Shown here: piece by piece, positions 1 through 10,093 of the stretch
Numbering within the stretch: the first letter of the stretch is position 1
Layout of the letters: each line of letters begins with the position of its first letter
Origin: a virus
Lineage: Duplodnaviria; Heunggongvirae; Uroviricota; Caudoviricetes
Direction: 5' to 3' (one strand)
DNA: 64,000 nt
Virus record (IMG/VR): IMGVR_UViG_2718218304_000001
Coordinates: 32,001 to 96,000 of that record
Position numbers and translations under genes: made by a program
Notes under the pieces: model-generated
Seen by the model: the letters and a program-made list of their open reading frames with translations, nothing else
Told to the model about the DNA's origin: nothing
Databases searched by the model: none

Positions 1-123
1 TCCCATGATGGTTTCCTTATTAAGTTGCTTCAGTGAAATCATTTTCACAAATCAGATAAGGCAGAAAACAAATTGTTATCGGGTATAAGAAAATGGCGCG
101 GTTTACGCGCCATTTAAAGAGGA

Positions 124-519
124 TTAAGCGAATACGCTTTCAGGGATTAAGGTGTCGGCAGGAATGCCAGAGGTAATGCGCAGACCGTACTGGCCAATCC
201 AGGTGGTGCTGGTGTTCAGGCTGGAGGCGAATACGGTGTTAACCATATTCATCATGGTTTCAAACACCTCTTCATCAACCTGGCGGAAGTAGCTCTCGAT
301 TTTCAGCAGCAGCGGGTCAGTTGCATCGAGAATGGACTGGTATTGAGTCGCGTACTCGCCGTCGGAGTCATCACCTTTACGCACGATCGTACTGGCCTGG
401 ACTTCGGCACCAGTTTCGGTGTTGTACGTAACAACGGTGATTTTTGCCACATTCTTACCTTCGGCGGTTTCAGAGGCATAGTAAACATCAACTGTCAGTT
501 TTTCGCGTTTAACGGTCAT
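124..519 (-). CDS. hypothetical acidic protein (start refined to internal Met)
   Basis: ORF track 124..585; the upstream part overlaps a promoter-like palindrome, and GGAGAG sits 7 nt before the ATG at 519 (protein starts MTVKREKL). No recognisable domain. Confidence 0.4.
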   Translation of the reverse strand: MTVKREKLTVDVYYASETAEGKNVAKITVVTYNTETGAEVQASTIVRKGDDSDGEYATQYQSILDATDPLLLKIESYFRQVDEEVFETMMNMVNTVFASSLNTSTTWIGQYGLRITSGIPADTLIPESVFA

Positions 520-580
520 TTCACTCTCCGTAGTGTTTTGGTTATTTTTATATTCTATGATAGTAAGTATGTACTTACAA

Positions 581-611
581 TACAAAAAAGCCCCGTAAGG
601 ATGGCGGGGCT
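581..611 (-). terminator. rho-independent terminator (hairpin GCCCCGTAAGGATGGCGGGGC + U-run on minus strand)
   Basis: GC-rich inverted repeat followed by T-run on the minus strand, just downstream of the 646..957 gene. Confidence 0.5.
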
Positions 612-645
612 GTCGTACTGTCGACTAATTACCACTTGCACATTA

Positions 646-957
646 TCAGGCTATTGCCATCACTGATGCTCTCTGAATTTCTTGCTGGGCCACGCGGTTA
701 ACTTCCATCAAAGCCAGTTCGAGCTGATGTTCCGGCCACATTCTTTGAAACGCCATCCAGCCTTTTCCACGCTGGCGACGAACATTCATTACATAACGAG
801 TAAAGGTGTTTTTATCGAAAGACACCGCTGTTTCACGGAACAGACGAATAGAAGTTCCATTGGCAACGATGTCTAGCAAAGTTAATTGAGCAACCAGTGC
901 AGGCTTCTCTTTTCTCTTCTGGTCTTTGTCCAGACCAAGAACCAATGATTTTTTCAT
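646..957 (-). CDS. hypothetical protein
   Basis: ORF track 646..987; start refined to the ATG at 957, which is preceded by GGAG. Motif-1 palindrome lies directly upstream. Confidence 0.35.
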   Translation of the reverse strand: MKKSLVLGLDKDQKRKEKPALVAQLTLLDIVANGTSIRLFRETAVSFDKNTFTRYVMNVRRQRGKGWMAFQRMWPEHQLELALMEVNRVAQQEIQRASVMAIA

Positions 958-1110
958 CACAACTCCGTAAACAACTTGTTTTCTCAATGGCGTAAATAAT
1001 ACCAGTAAGAAAACGGCTACAAAGCATAATGATCAGGTGCATGATCGATATGCAGGTTCCTCCCTGCGGCTATAGAGAAATTAAGCCAGCAATGCTGGCT
1101 TTGGTTGGGA

Positions 1111-1440
1111 TTACGCGAATACTTCAAGAAACTCCTGAACGTCCCAATGCTGGACAAGGTGAAGATAGACCTTAGAAATAACATCATTCTCGCTATCGCA
1201 TGTGAAGTAGTACTTCTGGCTGCGGTTGTATGTGTCCACACAAAATTCGCTCATATCCATAAAGTCAGCATCTTCACCCATGTCGCAAATCATCAAAGCA
1301 GGTGCATCATCACGAGTCATCAGCTCCAGCACCCATCTTGAATTAATCAGAGTGGAAGACCAACCTTCCAGCTCATAGAACTGGTCAAACTCTTTTTGAG
1401 TTAATTTCTTGATTTGGTTGATGTCGATATGTGCAAACAT
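1111..1440 (-). CDS. hypothetical acidic protein
   Basis: ORF track 1111..1461; start refined to the ATG at 1440 with AAGGAT upstream; motif-1 at 1451..1470. Acidic composition, no recognised domain. Confidence 0.35.
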   Translation of the reverse strand: MFAHIDINQIKKLTQKEFDQFYELEGWSSTLINSRWVLELMTRDDAPALMICDMGEDADFMDMSEFCVDTYNRSQKYYFTCDSENDVISKVYLHLVQHWDVQEFLEVFA

Positions 1441-1799
1441 AAAGCAATCCTTAAACAACATGTTTTCTTGATGGTGTTATTATCGCAATAACGCACAGGT
1501 GAAAAAGGATTTTATTCCGGTGAATGTGGTTTTGGCAGTGAGTTTTCAGGTTCAGTACCGAGTACACTTTTTACATTATTCTGATTTAGTGGCCGAAGGT
1601 GGCTGGTGGGCAGAATAATCCTCTCCCCGAAAACCTACTGAAATCGATTGTGACCCGTTGGCTGTCTGGCACAATTACGCTGTAACTGGGCATTCAGAGG
1701 GAATCCAGCGGTAAGTAAGTTCGCCTGCACGTGAGCGCCTCTCTTCTTCCCGCACATTACAGGTGGATAGCCGCAACTCTCCCTCTCGCTATACCGGTA

Positions 1800-1940
1800 C
1801 TCCACCGTTCCTGAACCGGCATCGAGCCTTCTCCCGAAATCCACACAGGCAACTCGACCGTTTCCCTGAAAACCTCCAGCCGTTCCCCGAAGGCAACCCA
1901 GCCGTTTCTGTAGCGGGATGCAACTTTTCCCTGTATGGAC
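1800..1940. repeat. array of ~6 imperfect direct repeats at ~22-bp spacing (core CCGTT(T)CCC(Y)GAAA)
   Basis: Read directly: ccgttcctgaacc, ccttctcccgaaatcc, ccgtttccctgaaaacc, ccgttccccgaaggcaacc, ccgtttctgtagcggg at ~22-bp intervals; a related unit near 1626. Confidence 0.45.
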
Positions 1941-1989
1941 CGAAGGCTGACCGTAGGGGTGTTACGGGGGATAAAATCAGGAGTTGAAT

Positions 1990-2020
1990 AAATACGAAAA
2001 AGGAGGCGACACCCCTCCTT
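1990..2020 (-). terminator. rho-independent terminator on minus strand (AGGAGG-loop-CCTCCT + U-run)
   Basis: Inverted repeat aggaggcgacacccctcct; on the minus strand it is followed by TTTTTCGTATTT. Confidence 0.5.
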
Positions 2021-2039
2021 CCCTCCCCACTTATACATA

Positions 2040-2860
2040 CCTGGCTTCTTCGCTATACATGTTGTGTTTTCTTCGTGTTTTATCTGTCTCAACCTCTCTA
2101 TAGGCGTTAATGCTCACCCCTTCCAGAACGTTCTATACGGCGACTATTTCTGTTGGTGAATTGGGCGTGTTGTTCTCTCTGTCGGTGTAAATGGTTTCGT
2201 TCGTTTTGCGGTGGTTCTTCTGTGGGGTGTTCTCGTCGTTTTGGTGATTGTTCTTCTCCGTCTATGGAGTAATGGCAGGTGGGCGATTCCTTTCGTTATT
2301 GTGTTTGAGTTGTTTGTCTGGAGTGTGTGAAAGGCTTTTGTAGTTATTCGTGTATTGGGTAATGGCGTTTCCCGTGATTGTTATGTTTCGTGTCTTTTGG
2401 GATTGAGAGAAACCTTGCGGTTACAGGCTTCGTTGGGGTTTCAGCGGTTCAGGTGTTTCTTCGCTGTTTGGGTAATGGCGTGTCGTGGGTATCGCGCGTA
2501 TGAATGTTTTCGGATTGCCTGTGAAAGTTAGGTTGGTTGTCCGGTAGCCTGGGAAGAAGAGGTGGGTCTTTTCGGTAGCCTGCCATAAAGAGGTTGGTTG
2601 TTTTGGGGAATGGCATATGTGTTATTTAGTTGTTTTGTTATGCCTGAAAATAAGTTGTTTATATGGTTGTGTAACGCAACGGGAACGATTTTGAGCGTGT
2701 GTTTTTGTTGGTAGTGTGTTGGATCGTCTGTGGTGAAAATTGGACGCTGTGGCGCTGTCTGCTGCGTAGAATTACGGGTATAAGCAGTGATGTGTGAAAA
2801 CGTCAATTTTTTAGACCAAATCGGGTGAAAGCGTTGACGTTTCGTTGATCTGTTATTCAG
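2040..2860 (-). other. ORF-free region with strong strand skew (plus strand G+T rich, minus strand C+A rich) and repeated GGGTAATGGCG-like units
   Basis: No credible ORF; the track ORF 2528..2884 is low-complexity. Bounded by a motif-1 copy at 2861..2890 and the minus-strand terminator at ~2000. Confidence 0.4.
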
Positions 2861-3015
2861 TTGTTTTCTTATTGGTATAAACAACGTTAACCTATTGATA
2901 TTTAAAGGTGTGATTGCAGGTATGGAAGGAGAGTAGTGGCGATCAACGGATTCTTATAGAAAAGAATCAAATTGTGACCGCCATTATCAACTGATTGATT
3001 TGTTTACTTGTGTAG

Positions 3016-3414
3016 TCAGTTCTCGAAATGAATAGGGTCAACGTAATGCCGCTCACCGCTTTTACCATTACACAGCACTGTAACTTTCGCCTTTTCACTC
3101 CAGGCTGAGTATAGAAAGTTCCCATCAGGTTGAACATGGTAACGAGAGAAGTAAACATCGCCGACTGAGGCGTCGAACATGTTCCTATCTTTTTCACTTT
3201 GGGCAAGCGAGATGGATATCACCGAATTCCCATTTGGGGAAACGATTTTAAATTTATTCCCTATATCCATAACAATATTGTAACCAGGTAATTGCTTGTG
3301 TGTTTCCGGATCTATTTTCATGCATCGTGGGTACACGATAGTGTTAGGCTCTTCAACTGGCGTGGCATTAGCAGAAAGCACAAAAAATATTAGTGCCAAT
3401 GGTGCATATTTCAT
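3016..3414 (-). CDS. secreted hypothetical protein (N-terminal signal peptide)
   Basis: ORF track; N-terminus MKYAPLALIFFVLSANA is signal-peptide-like. Confidence 0.4.
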   Translation of the reverse strand: MKYAPLALIFFVLSANATPVEEPNTIVYPRCMKIDPETHKQLPGYNIVMDIGNKFKIVSPNGNSVISISLAQSEKDRNMFDASVGDVYFSRYHVQPDGNFLYSAWSEKAKVTVLCNGKSGERHYVDPIHFEN

Positions 3415-3708
3415 TTATCCCTCACAATTTCCAATTTTCCAGACCATCGTCTATTTCAGCGTCAGGGTGGAATTGTACCGCATCAAATCCTACATCGAGC
3501 ACCTTTCGAATGTTCTTGATGGTTTGCTATGTGACACCGTAATCACGCAGCTTTTCTTCCCTCCCCTGACTCCCCCATACTCCGTTTCTGTACCCAATTG
3601 AGTCCGAGATCGTATGGTGCTCGAAACAGATATTTGGTAGACACTCAGAGTCATGCTGTGTAACGAGGGTAGGGCTACTAACTGTCGTCTTATACAATTT
3701 GGTGAGTT

Positions 3709-3957
3709 TCAGCATTTTACCACCCCGTTCGGAAACAACTCATTCGCCGTAGTTGATATAACCTCCCAATTAACGCCGACATCAGCGTTATGGCATTGTC
3801 TGATTTTTTGCATCACCTGTACGCATTGTTCATCAGTGAGATCTGTCCTTACTTCAGCAATATCTTCTTTGTGCCACATAACCATGAGTAAGGGTTCGTC
3901 TTCTGGATAGTTTTTCAGTTTCTCGATGATTTCTTTTGCTGTTCCAAACATCTTCAT
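3709..3957 (-). CDS. hypothetical acidic protein
   Basis: ORF track; GGAG before the ATG; motif-1 copy immediately upstream (3961..3980). Confidence 0.4.
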   Translation of the reverse strand: MKMFGTAKEIIEKLKNYPEDEPLLMVMWHKEDIAEVRTDLTDEQCVQVMQKIRQCHNADVGVNWEVISTTANELFPNGVVKC

Positions 3958-4059
3958 CTCCTAAACAATTTGTTTTCTTATATGACTTATTATCTCAATC
4001 AACAAAAGGTAGAAAACAAATTGTTTTAGAGTTTGTTAAAGTCAGAAGGGGTTGTGTCT

Positions 4060-4090
4060 ATATGAAAATGCCCAGCGTATTGCTGGGCAT
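4060..4090 (-). terminator. metG terminator hairpin (GCCCAGCGTATTGCTGGGC)
   Basis: Inverted repeat followed by a U-rich tract on the minus strand, directly after the metG stop. Confidence 0.55.
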
Positions 4091-4110
4091 TGTGAAGAAT
4101 GGTTGCTTAA

Positions 4111-6144
4111 TTACTTAACCTGGTGGCCAGGTTTAGCACCGACATCCGGGCTTAACAGGAAGATATCTTTCCCGCCAGGGCCAGCAGCCATCACCATGCC
4201 TTCGGAGATACCGAAGCGCATTTTACGCGGAGCCAGGTTAGCCACCATAATGGTGTGACGACCAATCAGTGCCTGTGGGTCTGGATAAGCAGAACGAATG
4301 CCGGAGAAGACATTGCGTTTTTCACCGCCGAGATCCAGCGTCAGGCGTAGCAGTTTGTCAGAACCTTCTACAAACTCTGCGTTTTCAATCAGCGCCACGC
4401 GCAGGTCAACTTTGGCGAAGTCGTCAAAGGTGATAGTTTCCTGAATCGGGTCGTCAGCCAGTGGGCCAGTTACCGGTGCGGCTGTGGCTTTCACTTCTTC
4501 TTTGGATGCTTCCACCAGTGCTTCAACCTGCTTCATATCGATGCGGTTATACAGTGCCTTGAACGGATTCACTTTATGGCCCAGCAGCGGTTGCTGGATA
4601 CCATCCCAGGTCAGTTCTGTATTCAGGAATGCTTCTGCACGTTCAGTCAGTTTCGGCAGTACCGGCTTCAAGTACGTCATCAGCACGCGGAACAGGTTAA
4701 TGCCCATAGAGCAAATCGCCTGCAGATCGGCATCGCGTCCTTCCTGCTTCGCCACCACCCACGGAGCCTGTTCATCGACATAGCGGTTAGCCAGGTCAGC
4801 CAATGCCATGATTTCACGGATAGCTTTACCAAATTCGCGGCTTTCCCATGCTTCACCAATCACTTCAGCAGCATCAGTGAAGGTTTTATACAGTTGCGGG
4901 TCAGCCAGTTCGCCTGCCAGCACACCGTCAAAACGCTTATTGATAAAGCCCGCGTTACGGGACGCCAGGTTAACCACTTTGTTAACGATATCGGCATTCA
5001 CACGCTGAACGAAATCCTCCAGGTTGAGATCGATATCATCAATACGCGAAGAGAGTTTCGCAGTGTAGTAGTAACGCAGGCTGTCAGCGTCAAAATGATT
5101 CAGCCAGGTGCTGGCTTTAATAAAGGTGCCGCGAGACTTGGACATCTTCGCGCCGTTCACCGTCACATAGCCATGAACAAACAGGTTGGTCGGCTTGCGG
5201 AAGTTGCTGCCTTCCAGCATGGCAGGCCAGAACAGGCTGTGGAAGTAAACAATATCTTTACCGATGAAGTGGTACAGCTCGGCGGTGGAGTCTTTCTTCC
5301 AGTATTCATCGAAGCTGGTGGTATCGCCGCGCTTGTCGCACAGATTCTTGAAGGAACCCATGTAGCCAATCGGCGCGTCCAGCCAGACGTAGAAATATTT
5401 GCCCGGCGCGTTCGGAATTTCAAAACCGAAGTAAGGCGCATCGCGGGATATATCCCACTGTTGCAGGCCGGATTCAAACCATTCCTGCATTTTGTTCGCC
5501 ACCTGCTCCTGCAACGCGCCGCTGCGGGTCCATGCCTGCAACATTTCGCTGAAAGAAGGTAGATCAAAGAAGAAGTGTTCGGAATCACGCATTACCGGGG
5601 TAGCGCCAGAAACCACCGATTTCGGCTCGATCAATTCAGTCGGGCTATATGTTGCGCCGCAGACTTCACAGTTATCGCCGTATTGATCTGGCGCTTTACA
5701 TTTCGGGCAGGTGCCTTTTACAAAACGATCCGGCAGGAACATGCCTTTTTCCGGGTCGTACAACTGAGAGATAGTGCGGTTTTTAATAAAACCGTTCTCT
5801 TTCAGGCGAGTATAGATAAGCTCAGACAACTGACGGTTCTCTTCGCTGTGCGTCGAGTGATAGTTGTCATAGCTGATGTTAAAGCCTGCGAAATCAGTCT
5901 GGTGTTCCTGACTCATTTCGCCAATCATCTGCTCCGGTGTGATACCAAGCTGCTGTGCTTTCAGCATGATCGGCGTACCGTGGGCATCGTCGGCACAGAT
6001 GAAATTAACCTCGTGGCCGCGCATTCGCTGGTAACGAACCCAGACATCAGCCTGGATGTGCTCCAGCATATGGCCGAGGTGGATTGAGCCGTTAGCGTAC
6101 GGCAGCGCGCACGTCACCAGAATTTTCTTCGCGACTTGGGTCAT
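4111..6144 (-). CDS. metG: methionyl-tRNA synthetase
   Basis: Translation starting [29 protein letters not shown] matches E. coli MetG over its full 677 aa as I recall it; the ORF-track start at 6273 is an upstream in-frame extension. Confidence 0.95.
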   Translation of the reverse strand: MTQVAKKILVTCALPYANGSIHLGHMLEHIQADVWVRYQRMRGHEVNFICADDAHGTPIMLKAQQLGITPEQMIGEMSQEHQTDFAGFNISYDNYHSTHSEENRQLSELIYTRLKENGFIKNRTISQLYDPEKGMFLPDRFVKGTCPKCKAPDQYGDNCEVCGATYSPTELIEPKSVVSGATPVMRDSEHFFFDLPSFSEMLQAWTRSGALQEQVANKMQEWFESGLQQWDISRDAPYFGFEIPNAPGKYFYVWLDAPIGYMGSFKNLCDKRGDTTSFDEYWKKDSTAELYHFIGKDIVYFHSLFWPAMLEGSNFRKPTNLFVHGYVTVNGAKMSKSRGTFIKASTWLNHFDADSLRYYYTAKLSSRIDDIDLNLEDFVQRVNADIVNKVVNLASRNAGFINKRFDGVLAGELADPQLYKTFTDAAEVIGEAWESREFGKAIREIMALADLANRYVDEQAPWVVAKQEGRDADLQAICSMGINLFRVLMTYLKPVLPKLTERAEAFLNTELTWDGIQQPLLGHKVNPFKALYNRIDMKQVEALVEASKEEVKATAAPVTGPLADDPIQETITFDDFAKVDLRVALIENAEFVEGSDKLLRLTLDLGGEKRNVFSGIRSAYPDPQALIGRHTIMVANLAPRKMRFGISEGMVMAAGPGGKDIFLLSPDVGAKPGHQVK

Positions 6145-6301
6145 AGTAGGCATTACTTCTTTGTAGTGAAAAGGGGCTTGATAGTAACAAAATGGCCTTA
6201 TGTCTGCCATGTGATAACAGCATTTCTCATAAATGATTAAATGTCGTAGCTGGAGTACACTACAAGGCGACAATTGCGCAAATTAAAATAAAGGAGACGG
6301 G

Positions 6302-7402
6302 ATGAGCGAGTCCAAATCGCCGGATGCCCTGAGAGCAATGGTAGCCGGTACGCTGGCTAATTTTCAGCACCCAACCCTGAAACACAACCTGACTACGCTT
6401 AAAGCGTTACACCATGTTGCGTTGATGGATGACACACTGCATGTCGAACTAATCATGCCTTTCGTGTGGAATAAGCCTTTTGAAGACCTGAAAGAGCAAT
6501 GTAGTGGTGATCTGCTCCGTATCACTGGCGCAAAGGCTATTGACTGGAAGCTGTCGTACAACATTGCCACGCTTAAGCGCGTCAAAAACCAACCAGGCAT
6601 TAATGGCGTTAAGAACATTATCGCCGTCAGCTCAGGCAAGGGCGGCGTGGGTAAATCCTCCACGGCGGTAAACCTGGCACTGGCGTTGGCTGCTGAAGGT
6701 GCGAAAGTTGGTATTTTGGATGCCGATATCTATGGTCCATCAATTCCAACCATGCTGGGCGCGGAAAACCAACGTCCAACCTCACCGGACGGTACTCACA
6801 TGGCACCTATCATGTCTCATGGCCTGGCAACCAACTCTATTGGTTATCTGGTCACCGACGACAATGCAATGGTGTGGCGTGGACCGATGGCCAGCAAGGC
6901 GCTGATGCAGATGTTGCAGGAAACTCTATGGCCTGATCTGGACTATCTCGTTCTCGATATGCCGCCGGGCACTGGTGATATTCAGTTGACGCTGGCGCAG
7001 AACATTCCTGTAACTGGTGCGGTTGTGGTAACTACGCCGCAAGACATCGCGCTGATCGATGCGAAGAAAGGCATTGTGATGTTCGAAAAAGTCGAAGTGC
7101 CGGTACTGGGTATCGTCGAAAACATGAGTGTGCATATTTGCAGTAACTGCGGTCATCACGAGCCAATTTTTGGCACCGGTGGCGCACAGAAACTGGCCGA
7201 GAAATACAACACGCAGTTGTTAGGCCAAATGCCACTTCATATCTCTCTTCGTGAAGATCTGGATAACGGAACACCAACCGTTATTAGTCGTCCAGATAGC
7301 GAATTTACGGCTATTTATCGTGACCTCGCAGATCGCGTTGCCGCCCAAATGTATTGGCAAGGTGAAGTAATACCTGGCGAAATCGCATTCCGCGCAGTGT
7401 GA
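6302..7402 (+). CDS. apbC: Fe-S cluster carrier ATPase ApbC/Mrp
   Basis: Contains GKGGVGKS P-loop and CxxC; near-identical to E. coli Mrp/ApbC from memory. Confidence 0.95.
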   Translation: MSESKSPDALRAMVAGTLANFQHPTLKHNLTTLKALHHVALMDDTLHVELIMPFVWNKPFEDLKEQCSGDLLRITGAKAIDWKLSYNIATLKRVKNQPGINGVKNIIAVSSGKGGVGKSSTAVNLALALAAEGAKVGILDADIYGPSIPTMLGAENQRPTSPDGTHMAPIMSHGLATNSIGYLVTDDNAMVWRGPMASKALMQMLQETLWPDLDYLVLDMPPGTGDIQLTLAQNIPVTGAVVVTTPQDIALIDAKKGIVMFEKVEVPVLGIVENMSVHICSNCGHHEPIFGTGGAQKLAEKYNTQLLGQMPLHISLREDLDNGTPTVISRPDSEFTAIYRDLADRVAAQMYWQGEVIPGEIAFRAV

Positions 7403-7404
7403 TA

Positions 7405-7428
7405 AAAGGCGGTGCATTGCACCGCCTA
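7405..7428. terminator. bidirectional terminator hairpin between convergent apbC and the UmuD-like gene
   Basis: Inverted repeat ggcggtgcattgcaccgcc flanked by A/T runs. Confidence 0.5.
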
Positions 7429-7438
7429 ATCAGTTCTC

Positions 7439-7828
7439 CTACATCACGGGACAATCATCAAACTCGCCACTTCTTGCGTCGTTGATAATGTGAGTGATCA
7501 CACCAAACACGGCATTGCTGCCCGTGCATCCATCGTCATCCTTTGGCAATGCTTCCTTCTTACCGGTTCTTAAATCCTCCAGATGCTGACGTGGGTACTT
7601 CCGGTATCTTTTTACGCGATATTCCCCATCCAGAGCGCATACAAGCAGAGAACCATCAACCGGGGTAAGTGAGGAATCGACCACCAGCAATGCACCCTGT
7701 AATATTCCCTCACGATGATGACTATCAGCTGCCCTCATGAAGTAGGTCGCTGAAGGATGTCTAATTATCTGCTGATCAAGAGAAATACGGCTCTCAGCAT
7801 AATCCGCCGCAGGAGAAGGGAAGCCCAT
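7439..7828 (-). CDS. UmuD'-like S24 peptidase domain protein (lacks UmuD N-terminal arm; no umuC partner)
   Basis: MGFPSPAADYAE...HPSATYF...LLVVDS...DGEYRVKR aligns with UmuD from its Cys24-Gly25 cleavage site onward; Ser (ADSH) and Lys (RVKR) of the catalytic dyad are retained. Confidence 0.6.
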   Translation of the reverse strand: MGFPSPAADYAESRISLDQQIIRHPSATYFMRAADSHHREGILQGALLVVDSSLTPVDGSLLVCALDGEYRVKRYRKYPRQHLEDLRTGKKEALPKDDDGCTGSNAVFGVITHIINDARSGEFDDCPVM

Positions 7829-7926
7829 AGCGTTTTCACCTCAGAGTACTGTTTATCCATACAGTATACATTAAAGATGCTTGAAGTGTGCAATAGCGCG
7901 ATGCTTTGCGCTCGTCTGGTGGCGCG

Positions 7927-8178
7927 TTATTTTTTGGCTATATCTTCTTTCTGATATACCGGATCGTTTCCTTTTGGCAGCAGGAGGCTTAACTGCCGGT
8001 AGTGCCGTAGCCGTTCCATGAAATAGGTGCGCAGGTTCTCAGGTTGCTCACGGGCTACCTGTTCCGCTATGACGGGTATGTTCAATCGCTCTTTGTAGGC
8101 AACCCCCCTGGCAGCCAGGTCAACGTTAACTTTATTCCTTTCTTCCTGGCTTTTGGCTGCTATGTTCCAGTTGCTCAT
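7927..8178 (-). CDS. hypothetical protein
   Basis: ORF track only; no recognisable motifs. Confidence 0.2.
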   Translation of the reverse strand: MSNWNIAAKSQEERNKVNVDLAARGVAYKERLNIPVIAEQVAREQPENLRTYFMERLRHYRQLSLLLPKGNDPVYQKEDIAKK

Positions 8179-8530
8179 GTTTAAGGCTCACATTTCCAGA
8201 TGGTATTCTGAACACCCGTACCAGGCGCAAGATGAGGGTTAGCGTTCGCGCTATGCAGATATACAGCTTTAGACTTTCCGTATTGCTGACAGGCTTTATC
8301 TGCGTTTTTTGGCAGGCTATCCAAGCCAATACCAGCCATCGAACTGGATGCTAACCTTTTCACCGTCATTGTATTGCACCATCGCACACCCAGACATAGC
8401 TAAAATCGCACCGACAATACCGCTTTTCCAAAAAGCTCTAATTAGGTCATTCGTTACCTAATGTCCGAACTGCTAAAGCATCCAAGTTGCTGTAGAATCA
8501 CATCCAATTACTTAAACCTGAAATAAGTGG

Positions 8531-10093
8531 ATGAAAATGACAAGTATTCAACAACGTGCAGAGCTTCATCGCCAGATCTGGCAAATTGCTAACGATGTCA
8601 GGGGTTCAGTCGATGGATGGGATTTTAAGCAGTACGTTTTGGGCGCGCTTTTTTACCGTTTTATCAGCGAAAATTTTTCCAGTTATATTGAAGCCGGTGA
8701 TGACAGTATCTGTTATGCGAAACTGGATGACAGCGTAATTACTGATGACATTAAAGACGATGCCATCAAAACTAAAGGCTACTTCATCTACCCCAGTCAG
8801 CTTTTCTGCAACGTAGCTGCGAAAGCAAATACTAATGACAGACTGAATGCAGATTTAAACAGCATCTTCGTTGCTATCGAAAGTTCTGCTTACGGTTATC
8901 CTTCAGAAGCTGACATCAAAGGTTTGTTTGCTGATTTCGATACCACCAGTAACCGCCTGGGTAACACCGTTAAAGATAAAAATGCCCGCTTGGCTGCGGT
9001 TCTGAAAGGGGTTGAAGGGCTAAAACTTGGTGACTTCCATGAACATCAGATTGACCTGTTCGGTGACGCCTATGAGTTCCTGATTTCTAACTATGCGGCG
9101 AATGCCGGTAAGTCCGGCGGCGAGTTCTTTACACCGCAGCACGTCTCTAAGCTGATTGCACAACTGGCTATGCACGGGCAGACCCACGTTAACAAAATCT
9201 ACGACCCGGCAGCAGGCTCCGGTTCGCTGTTGTTGCAGGCGAAAAAACAGTTTGATGACCATATCATCGAAGAAGGTTTTTTTGGTCAGGAAATCAACCA
9301 TACGACCTATAACCTGGCGCGTATGAACATGTTTTTGCACAACATCAACTACGACAAGTTTGATATCAAGCTGGGTAATACACTGACTGAGCCGCACTTC
9401 AGAGATGAAAAACCGTTTGATGCCATCGTTTCTAACCCGCCGTATTCGGTGAAATGGATTGGCAGCGATGACCCGACGCTGATTAACGATGAACGTTTTG
9501 CCCCGGCTGGCGTTCTGGCCCCCAAATCCAAAGCTGACTTTGCGTTTGTATTACATGCGCTGAACTATCTTTCGGCCAAAGGTCGCGCTGCGATTGTCTG
9601 CTTCCCAGGCATTTTTTACCGTGGCGGCGCGGAGCAGAAAATCCGTCAGTATCTGGTCGACAATAACTATGTCGAAACCGTGATTTCACTGGCACCGAAT
9701 CTGTTCTTTGGCACCACTATTGCCGTCAATATTCTGGTGCTGTCTAAACATAAAACGGATACCAAAGTTCAGTTTATTGATGCCAGCGAACTGTTCAAAA
9801 AAGAGACTAACAACAACATTCTGACCGATGCTCATATCGAACAGATTATGCAGGTATTTGCCAGCAAGGAAGATGTTGCTCATCTGGCGAAATCTGTTGC
9901 GTTTGAGACTGTTGTCGCGAATGACTATAACCTGTCGGTGAGCAGCTATGTGGAAGCGAAAGATACTCGCGAAATTATCGATATCGCTGAGCTGAATGCT
10001 GAGCTGAAAACCACGGTCAGCAAAATCGACCAGTTGCGTAAAGATATTGATGCGATTGTTGCTGAGATTGAAGGTAGCGAGGTACAGGCATGA
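8531..10093 (+). CDS. hsdM: type I restriction-modification methyltransferase subunit HsdM (type IC, EcoR124I-like)
   Basis: NPPY motif ([10 protein letters not shown]) and AdoMet-binding DPAAGSGS; sequence matches my recollection of EcoR124I HsdM. Confidence 0.9.
   Translation: MKMTSIQQRAELHRQIWQIANDVRGSVDGWDFKQYVLGALFYRFISENFSSYIEAGDDSICYAKLDDSVITDDIKDDAIKTKGYFIYPSQLFCNVAAKANTNDRLNADLNSIFVAIESSAYGYPSEADIKGLFADFDTTSNRLGNTVKDKNARLAAVLKGVEGLKLGDFHEHQIDLFGDAYEFLISNYAANAGKSGGEFFTPQHVSKLIAQLAMHGQTHVNKIYDPAAGSGSLLLQAKKQFDDHIIEEGFFGQEINHTTYNLARMNMFLHNINYDKFDIKLGNTLTEPHFRDEKPFDAIVSNPPYSVKWIGSDDPTLINDERFAPAGVLAPKSKADFAFVLHALNYLSAKGRAAIVCFPGIFYRGGAEQKIRQYLVDNNYVETVISLAPNLFFGTTIAVNILVLSKHKTDTKVQFIDASELFKKETNNNILTDAHIEQIMQVFASKEDVAHLAKSVAFETVVANDYNLSVSSYVEAKDTREIIDIAELNAELKTTVSKIDQLRKDIDAIVAEIEGSEVQA

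Noticed and set aside
2528-2884. 118-aa minus-strand ORF in the strand-skewed region
   Set aside because: Translation is low-complexity (Q/T/P/N-rich) with no start context; the region is better explained as non-coding.
4576-5562. 328-aa plus-strand ORF inside the metG region
   Set aside because: Antisense to a well-supported, full-length metG; low-complexity translation.
6364-6663. 99-aa minus-strand ORF inside apbC
   Set aside because: Antisense overlap with a confidently assigned apbC.
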